From positions 149-64,148 of the forward strand of contig JAEDHF010000001.1 in the NCBI GenBank assembly GCA_016297165.1: a stretch of 64,000 nucleotides of DNA, given 5' to 3'. Position numbers and translations under genes: made by a program. This DNA comes from Oscillospiraceae bacterium. Its GTDB lineage: Bacteria; Bacillota; Clostridia; Oscillospirales; Ruminococcaceae. Positions 57,980 through 64,000 of this stretch are shown here, in pieces (position 1 is the first letter of the stretch; every line of letters starts with the position of its first letter). The notes beneath the pieces were generated by a model. The model had not been told where the DNA came from, ran no database searches, and saw nothing but the letters and a program-made list of their open reading frames with translations.

Positions 57980-59005
57980 ATGGAAATTCTCGAAATACTG
58001 AAAAAGCTCTCTGACGCCGAGGGCGTAAGCGGCGATGAATATGCCGCCTGCCGTGTGGCGAAGGAGCTTCTTTCTAAATATACCGATACCGCCGAAATAG
58101 ATAGCTTCGGCTCGGTAACCGCCTTTATCGGCGACAGAAGCGGCAATAAACCTACTCTTATGCTTGAAGCCCATATCGACGAAATCGGCTTTATTGTAAG
58201 CTTTGTGGATGAAAAGGGCTTCGTTAAGGTGGGTAGCTGCGGCGGAACGGACAGGCGTCTTTACGCCGCCCAGACCGTAACAATTCACGGAAAGGAGAAG
58301 ATAACGGGGGTTATCTCTACCCTGCCGCCCCACGTTTCCTCCGACGATAAGAAGACCATGAAAACCGAGGAAATAGCCATTGATACGGGCTACAGCAAGG
58401 AGGCTCTTCTTGAAAAAATCTCCCTCGGGGACAGGGTTACGATTAACTCGCCCTTTACCCCCCTTCTCGGTACAAGGGTTTCGGGAAAGGCTGTTGACGA
58501 TAGGGCAGGCGTTGCCGCTATCATATACGCAGTATCTCTTTTAAAAGGGAAAGAGCTTCCCTTTAACATAGAAATCCTCTTCGCCTCACAGGAAGAGGTA
58601 GGAAGCCGCGGCGCTAAAATCGGCGCATATAATTCCTCGGCAAATTACGCAATCGCTACCGACGTAAGCTACGCCTATACCCCCGACGCTAAGCGAGAGA
58701 AATGCGGCGAAATGGGAAAGGGCGCTATGATAGGAATTGCCCCCTCTCTTGATAAGGGGCTTACGAAGGAGCTTATGAAAATAGCCGAGGACAGGAAAAT
58801 CCCTTTCCAGACCGAGGTTATGGGCGGAAGGACAGGCACCGACGCCGACGATATAAGCGCTATGAAGGGCGGAATTAAAACCGCGCTCCTTTCTATCCCG
58901 ATAAAGTATATGCATACTCCCGTAGAAACGGTTGATACCGAGGATATTAAGTCGGTAGCCGAAATTATGGCGGAATTCATAATGGGAGGTACCGAAAATG
59001 TCTGA
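57980..59005 (+). CDS. M42-family metallopeptidase
   Basis: GVSGDE, AHIDEIG, KAVDDRAG, QEEVG, GTDAD, YMHTP. Confidence 0.9.
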   Translation: MEILEILKKLSDAEGVSGDEYAACRVAKELLSKYTDTAEIDSFGSVTAFIGDRSGNKPTLMLEAHIDEIGFIVSFVDEKGFVKVGSCGGTDRRLYAAQTVTIHGKEKITGVISTLPPHVSSDDKKTMKTEEIAIDTGYSKEALLEKISLGDRVTINSPFTPLLGTRVSGKAVDDRAGVAAIIYAVSLLKGKELPFNIEILFASQEEVGSRGAKIGAYNSSANYAIATDVSYAYTPDAKREKCGEMGKGAMIGIAPSLDKGLTKELMKIAEDRKIPFQTEVMGGRTGTDADDISAMKGGIKTALLSIPIKYMHTPVETVDTEDIKSVAEIMAEFIMGGTENV

Positions 59006-60035
59006 AATAATGTCCGATTTATTCGATAATATCGAAAGGCTTTCGAAGCTAATAGGCGTAAGCGGCGACGAGGAGGACGTAAGGAATTATATTATCTCCC
59101 GTCTCCCCTCGGAATGTGAATATAAAACCGACAATATAGGAAACCTTCTCGTATTTAAAAAGGGCAGGAAAACCCCGAAGAATAAGGTTATGCTCTGCGC
59201 CCACATGGACGAGGTTGGCTTTATCGTAAGCTCAGTTTCCGAAAACGGTACTCTTAAGTTTTCTCCCGTAGGGGGCATCAACCCCTCGGTAGTATTCGGA
59301 AGAAGGGTTATCTTCAAAAACGGTATAACGGGAGTAATTGCCGCTAAGGCGGTACACATGCTTTCCGACGAGGAGGAGGAAAAACAGCCGAAGCTTTCCG
59401 ACCTCTCCATCGACATAGGCGCAAGGGATAAGGAGGAAGTCTTAAAGCATATTGCGACCGGAGACTTCTGCACCTTCTTAAGCGGCTACGAGGAATTCGG
59501 CGAGGGCTTTATAAAGGGAAAAGCCCTTGACGACAGAACAGGCTGCGCCATGCTCTTAGAGCTTCTTTCAAAGGACAATGAATACGATATGTACTGCGCC
59601 TTTACGGTACAGGAAGAAATAGGAACGAGGGGCGCCGCCTGCGCCGCATATAACGTTAAGCCCGATATGGCTATTGTTCTTGAAACTACTACCGCCTGTG
59701 ACATTTCGGAGGTAGAGGAGGAAAAGAAGGTTTGTATCCTCGGTAACGGCGCAGTAGCCTCCTTTATGGATAAGGGTACAATCTACGACAGGGAGCTTTA
59801 TCGCCTTTCCTTCGAGTGCGCCGAAAGCGTGGGAGTAAAGTGCCAGACCAAGACCCTCATAGCAGGCGGCAACGACAGCGGTGCAATCCATAAGGCGGTA
59901 GGCGGTATAAGAACGGCGGCTCTTTCCGTTCCTACGAGATATCTCCATTCTCCCTCCTGCGTAATGAAAAAAGAGGACGTTATCGCCGTTTTGAAAACTG
60001 CGGCGAAGCTGCAGGAAAGGCTTTCGGAGCTATGA
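58998..60035 (+). CDS. M42-family metallopeptidase
   Basis: AHMDEVG, KALDDRTG, QEEIG, GGNDSG, RYLHSP. Confidence 0.9.
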   Translation: MSEIMSDLFDNIERLSKLIGVSGDEEDVRNYIISRLPSECEYKTDNIGNLLVFKKGRKTPKNKVMLCAHMDEVGFIVSSVSENGTLKFSPVGGINPSVVFGRRVIFKNGITGVIAAKAVHMLSDEEEEKQPKLSDLSIDIGARDKEEVLKHIATGDFCTFLSGYEEFGEGFIKGKALDDRTGCAMLLELLSKDNEYDMYCAFTVQEEIGTRGAACAAYNVKPDMAIVLETTTACDISEVEEEKKVCILGNGAVASFMDKGTIYDRELYRLSFECAESVGVKCQTKTLIAGGNDSGAIHKAVGGIRTAALSVPTRYLHSPSCVMKKEDVIAVLKTAAKLQERLSEL

Positions 60036-60760
60036 TAGAGAAAATTACGGACTTAAACCGTCTTTATAACTCCCTTTCGGGTAAGCCCGATATATTTTCC
60101 GGGAAAATAAAGGCTCTCGCCGAAGGCTACGGAACGGGCTACGATTTCCTTACCTTCTATTCGGGGAATAAGGGCATTACCGCCGCAAAATACTATAACA
60201 GCGCCGTAATAAGCGGCGATACCGACGACCCCGAAGCCCTCGATGAGCTTAAAAGCTTCCTTTCCGTTTTAGGAAAGGGTACCCTTATGAGCTACGGGCT
60301 TTCGGAAAAGCTCGGTATAGCGGCTGACTGCAAAAAAAGCTGTATAATGAAATTTACGGATAAGGCGCCCCGTGAAAACGACCTGAACCGTGATAACGTT
60401 AATAACGGTCTTACCTATCGGGAGATATACGAAATACTGAAGGAGGGCTTCGATATGAGCTTTGACGAATGGTATGTGGATATGAACCATAACGTTCGTC
60501 ACGGTATTTCACGGATTTTTACCGTAGGCAATTTCACCACCGCAAGCCTTATGTTCTCGGTGGACGGGATTTCCTTCATAAGCGCGGTTGCCACCCGTCC
60601 CGATATGAGAGGAAAGGGCTGGGCAGGCAGACTTGTCCGATATATTGCCCTTAAGGAAGCGAAATATCGTAACGAGGTTTATCTTATCTGCAAGGAGGAG
60701 CTGAAGGGCTTGTACGAAAAAGCAGGCTTTACCCTTTCGGGCTACTGCTCCGAAATATAA
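60032..60760 (+). CDS. GNAT-family acetyltransferase
   Basis: VATRPDMRGKGWA motif A; LYEKAGF. Confidence 0.8.
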   Translation: MIEKITDLNRLYNSLSGKPDIFSGKIKALAEGYGTGYDFLTFYSGNKGITAAKYYNSAVISGDTDDPEALDELKSFLSVLGKGTLMSYGLSEKLGIAADCKKSCIMKFTDKAPRENDLNRDNVNNGLTYREIYEILKEGFDMSFDEWYVDMNHNVRHGISRIFTVGNFTTASLMFSVDGISFISAVATRPDMRGKGWAGRLVRYIALKEAKYRNEVYLICKEELKGLYEKAGFTLSGYCSEI

Positions 60761-60799
60761 GGCAATACCGCACAAAGATTGCGTGCGGTGTTGACATAA
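60758..60799. repeat. collapsed copy (ends only) of the 28606-28840 element
   Basis: 31-nt exact match to the reverse complement of 28809-28839, followed by TGTTGACATAA resembling the other end. Confidence 0.8.
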
Positions 60800-60821
60800 A
60801 TACTTAAAAGGAAGAAAAGAA

Positions 60822-62081
60822 ATGAGCAACTATTTCAACATAGACAAAAGATTACTTGAATTAGCCGATAAGGCGGAAGAAAACTGTTCCGAGGCTTTCG
60901 GAAGAATCGAAAAAACAGGAAGAGCCAACAGCGAAAAGGTGCTTAAGGCGTTTATTGATAACCGTGTAGGTGAAATGCACTTAAAGGGCACAACGGGCTA
61001 CGGCTACGGCGACGACGGAAGAGATAAGCTTGACTCGGTTTTCGCACAGGTTTTAGGCGCCGAGGACGCACTTGTCCGCCATACCTTCGTAAACGGTACC
61101 CACGCTATTTCAACCGCACTTTTCGGAATACTCCGTCCCGGAGATTTAATGGTTTCCCTTACGGGTACCCCCTACGACACCCTTAACGAGGTTATTTTCG
61201 GAGAAAGGGGCGGCTCCTTAACGGAATTCGGCGTAAAATATGACCAGCTCGACCTTCTCCCCGACGGAAGGGTAAATTTCGAGGGTATAAGCGAAAAGGT
61301 GAAGGGCTGTAAGGTTGCATATATCCAGCGTTCAAGGGGCTATAGCCTTCGTCCTTCAATAACCGTTTCGGAAATCGGCGAAATGGTGGATATAATAAGA
61401 CTTGTGAATCCCGAAGCTATCGTAATGGTGGATAACTGCTACGGTGAGCTTGTAGAGGAAAAGGAGCCCTGTGACGTAGGCGCAGATATAATTATCGGCT
61501 CGCTTATAAAGAACCTTGGCGGCGGTATTGCCGAAACGGGCGGCTATATTGCAGGACGCAGGGATTTGATAGAGCTCTGCTCCTATCGGCTTACTACCGT
61601 AGGAACGGGTAAGGAGGTAGGCTGTTCCCTTAACCAGAACAGGGGTATGTACCTCGGACTTTTTAACGCTCCCGTAGCGGTAAAAAGCGCGGTAAAAACC
61701 GCAACCTTCGCTTCCGCCTTCTTCTCTCTTTTAGGCTTTACCGCCTATCCCGGATATGACGAATACCGAAGCGATATTATTACGGCAATACAGTTAGGCT
61801 CCCGAAAGGCGCTTATCGCCTTCTGTGAGGGTATCCAGTCGGGCAGCCCCGTAGATAGCTTCGTAACTCCCGAGCCCTGGGATATGCCGGGCTACGACAG
61901 TCAGGTTATAATGGCGGCAGGAGCCTTTACCATGGGCGCTTCTATTGAGCTTTCCGCCGACGCACCCTTAAGAGAGCCCTTCGCAGTATGGATGCAGGGC
62001 GGTCTTACCTATGATACGGGAAGAATGGGAATTCTTCTTGCGGCGCAAAGGCTCCTCGATAAAGGGGTAATATCCCTTTAA
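60822..62081 (+). CDS. methionine gamma-lyase / aluminium-resistance (YnbB-like) PLP protein
   Basis: TTGYGYGDDGRD, GTHAI, IQRSRGY, VDNCYGE, GSLIKNLGGG, IELSAD. Confidence 0.9.
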   Translation: MSNYFNIDKRLLELADKAEENCSEAFGRIEKTGRANSEKVLKAFIDNRVGEMHLKGTTGYGYGDDGRDKLDSVFAQVLGAEDALVRHTFVNGTHAISTALFGILRPGDLMVSLTGTPYDTLNEVIFGERGGSLTEFGVKYDQLDLLPDGRVNFEGISEKVKGCKVAYIQRSRGYSLRPSITVSEIGEMVDIIRLVNPEAIVMVDNCYGELVEEKEPCDVGADIIIGSLIKNLGGGIAETGGYIAGRRDLIELCSYRLTTVGTGKEVGCSLNQNRGMYLGLFNAPVAVKSAVKTATFASAFFSLLGFTAYPGYDEYRSDIITAIQLGSRKALIAFCEGIQSGSPVDSFVTPEPWDMPGYDSQVIMAAGAFTMGASIELSADAPLREPFAVWMQGGLTYDTGRMGILLAAQRLLDKGVISL

Positions 62082-62102
62082 GGCGGTATTGTCTTATAAA
62101 AA

Positions 62103-62166
62103 ATAAACCGTTTCCTTACCGCTCCTTCCTTTTTTTCGGGAAGGGGCGAGGGAAACGGTTTTTTTG
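62103..62166. terminator. bidirectional terminator
   Basis: AAACCGTTTCCTT...GGGAAACGGTTT long hairpin between convergent genes. Confidence 0.7.
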
Positions 62167-62167
62167 T

Positions 62168-63916
62168 TTATGAAGCCTTATCGAACTGACTATTATACAG
62201 CTCCGCATAGAAGCCGCCCTGTTTCAGTAATTCCTCGTGATTACCCTGTTCGATTACGTTTCCGTCCTTCATAACGAGTATAACATCAGCGTCACGGATT
62301 GTGGAAAGACGGTGGGCTACTATAAAGCTTGTCCTTCCCTTCATAAGCTTGGCGAAAGCGTCCTGTATCTTTAATTCCGTACGGGTATCTATTGAGGAGG
62401 TCGCCTCGTCGAGAATAAGCATAGGCGGCAGACTCAGCATTATTCTTGCTATGCAAAGGAGCTGCTTCTGACCCTGTGAAAGTGAGCCGCCGTCCTCTCC
62501 TATAACGGTATCATAGCCGTTTTTAAGGCGCTTTATAAAGCTGTGACAATGAGCCGCCTTAGCCGCCGCTATTATTTCCTCCTCGGTAGCCTCGGGCTTA
62601 CCCATTATAAGGTTCTCTCTAATAGTGCCGTTTTTGAGCCAGGTTTCCTGGAGCACCATTCCGTAAGAGGAGCGAAGGCTGTGCCTTGTGATGTCTCTTA
62701 TATCGCTGCCCTCTACGGAGATACTGCCCTCGTTGACGTCGTAAAACCGCATAAGCAGATTTATAACCGTAGTCTTTCCGCAGCCCGTAGGGCCTACGAT
62801 AGCGATACGCTGACCGCTTTTTACCGAAAGGGAAAGGTTTTCGATAAGCTTTCTTTCGGGAACGTAGGAGAAATATACGTCCTTAAGCTCAACGTTTCCT
62901 GCCGCATTTTCAAGAACAACCCCGTTTTCCTTATCGGGGGTAACGGAAGGCTCTTCAATAAGCTCGAATACTCTTGCGGCACAGGCTAAAGCGTTCTGCA
63001 GCTCCGTTATTACCTCGGAAATTTCGTTAAAGGGCTTTGTGTACTGGTTAGCGTAGCTTAAAAAGCAGGTAAGCGTACCCACGGTTATAGCTCCGTCAAT
63101 GGCGGAAATTGCCCCCACAAGCCCCACCCCCGCATAGACGATGCTGTTTATGAATCGGGTACAGGGGTTAGTAAGAGAGGAGAAGAAAATCGCCTTAAGA
63201 GAAGCCTTTCTTAGCCTTTCGGAGATTTCGTCGAATTTATCGGCGGAATTATCCTCCCGTGAGAAAGCCTTGACGATTTTCTGATTGGATATCGTTTCGT
63301 CTATGAAGGCAGTCTGTTCCCCTAAGGTTTCGGAGCGGAGCTTAAACATATTATAGGTTCTTTTCGAAATAAACTTCGCCATAAAAAGAGAAAGAGGCGT
63401 AAGAAGAACAACAACAAGAGTAATTCTCCATTCCAGCATAAGCATAAAGGAGAGAGTGCCTAAAATTGTGACGATACCTGTGAAAAGCTGTGTAAAGCCT
63501 AAGAGGAGACCGTCGGCGAACTGGTCGGCGTCGCTTATTACACGGCTTACGATATCGCCGCTTTTATGGGTATCTATATAGTTAAGGGGAAGCGCTTCGA
63601 TTTTTTCGATAGCGTCGTTTCTTATGTCCCTTACTACATTATAGGTGACCTTATTGTTGATAACGCTCATTATCCATTGGAGAACTGCGGTGGCAAGAGC
63701 TATAACTCCTGCAATAACAAGAAGGGGCAGAATCCTTTCAAAATCGACGTTACCCTCTTCAACGATATAGTCGATAGCCCGACCGATTATTACGGGGATT
63801 GAGAGGGTACCCGCTACCGTAGCGGCGGCGAGGATAACGGAAAGGATTATAAGAAGGATATATTTCTTCACATATCGGAGAACCTTTTTGAATACGCCCT
63901 TATTCTGTTTAGCCAT
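62168..63916 (-). CDS. ABC exporter, fused TMD+NBD
   Basis: GPTGCGKT, LSQGQKQ, LILDEATS; start MAKQNK after AGGAGG. Confidence 0.92.
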   Translation of the reverse strand: MAKQNKGVFKKVLRYVKKYILLIILSVILAAATVAGTLSIPVIIGRAIDYIVEEGNVDFERILPLLVIAGVIALATAVLQWIMSVINNKVTYNVVRDIRNDAIEKIEALPLNYIDTHKSGDIVSRVISDADQFADGLLLGFTQLFTGIVTILGTLSFMLMLEWRITLVVVLLTPLSLFMAKFISKRTYNMFKLRSETLGEQTAFIDETISNQKIVKAFSREDNSADKFDEISERLRKASLKAIFFSSLTNPCTRFINSIVYAGVGLVGAISAIDGAITVGTLTCFLSYANQYTKPFNEISEVITELQNALACAARVFELIEEPSVTPDKENGVVLENAAGNVELKDVYFSYVPERKLIENLSLSVKSGQRIAIVGPTGCGKTTVINLLMRFYDVNEGSISVEGSDIRDITRHSLRSSYGMVLQETWLKNGTIRENLIMGKPEATEEEIIAAAKAAHCHSFIKRLKNGYDTVIGEDGGSLSQGQKQLLCIARIMLSLPPMLILDEATSSIDTRTELKIQDAFAKLMKGRTSFIVAHRLSTIRDADVILVMKDGNVIEQGNHEELLKQGGFYAELYNSQFDKAS

Positions 63917-64000
63917 ATTATTTGTCCTCCTTTCTGAACTGTGAGTTATAGATTTCACGGTAAACCTCCGAGGTTTCGAGAAGCTCCCCGTGAGTACCGA

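Noticed and set aside
1..64000. tRNA or rRNA genes, transposases, integrases, prophage genes
   Set aside because: None recognised by eye; a tRNAscan or HMM run would be needed to exclude them formally

Overview
Replication-origin region of a low-GC Gram-positive chromosome. Gene content and order suggest a spore-forming clostridial (Oscillospiraceae/Ruminococcaceae-like) organism; this is an inference. The core is dnaA-oriC-dnaN-yaaA-recF-yaaB, divergent from SRP RNA-dnaX-ybaB-recR. A separated gyrB-x-x-gyrA operon, mnmG-rsmG with three parS sites, yicC, tsaD, two M42 peptidases, a flotillin operon with an XRE regulator, and spoIID/spoIIQ-like genes follow. Accessory or unexplained items: (1) a complete type III (CptIN-family) toxin-antitoxin locus whose two antitoxin repeats diverge in sequence but keep the same pseudoknot; (2) a 13.5-kb carbohydrate ABC cluster (giant solute-binding protein, two permease pairs, NHL-repeat, Yip1 and DUF5696-like proteins) led by two orphan LolD-type ATPases; (3) several families of structured non-coding elements, including a perfect 130-bp tandem duplication sitting on a promoter -10 box, BOX-like/MITE-like elements, a dispersed TTTCTTG-N6-CAAGAAA hairpin family and a heptamer-repeat element; (4) variant DnaA boxes (TTTTCAACA) in two clusters about 3.5 kb apart. 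All assignments come from reading motifs by eye; no database search was run.
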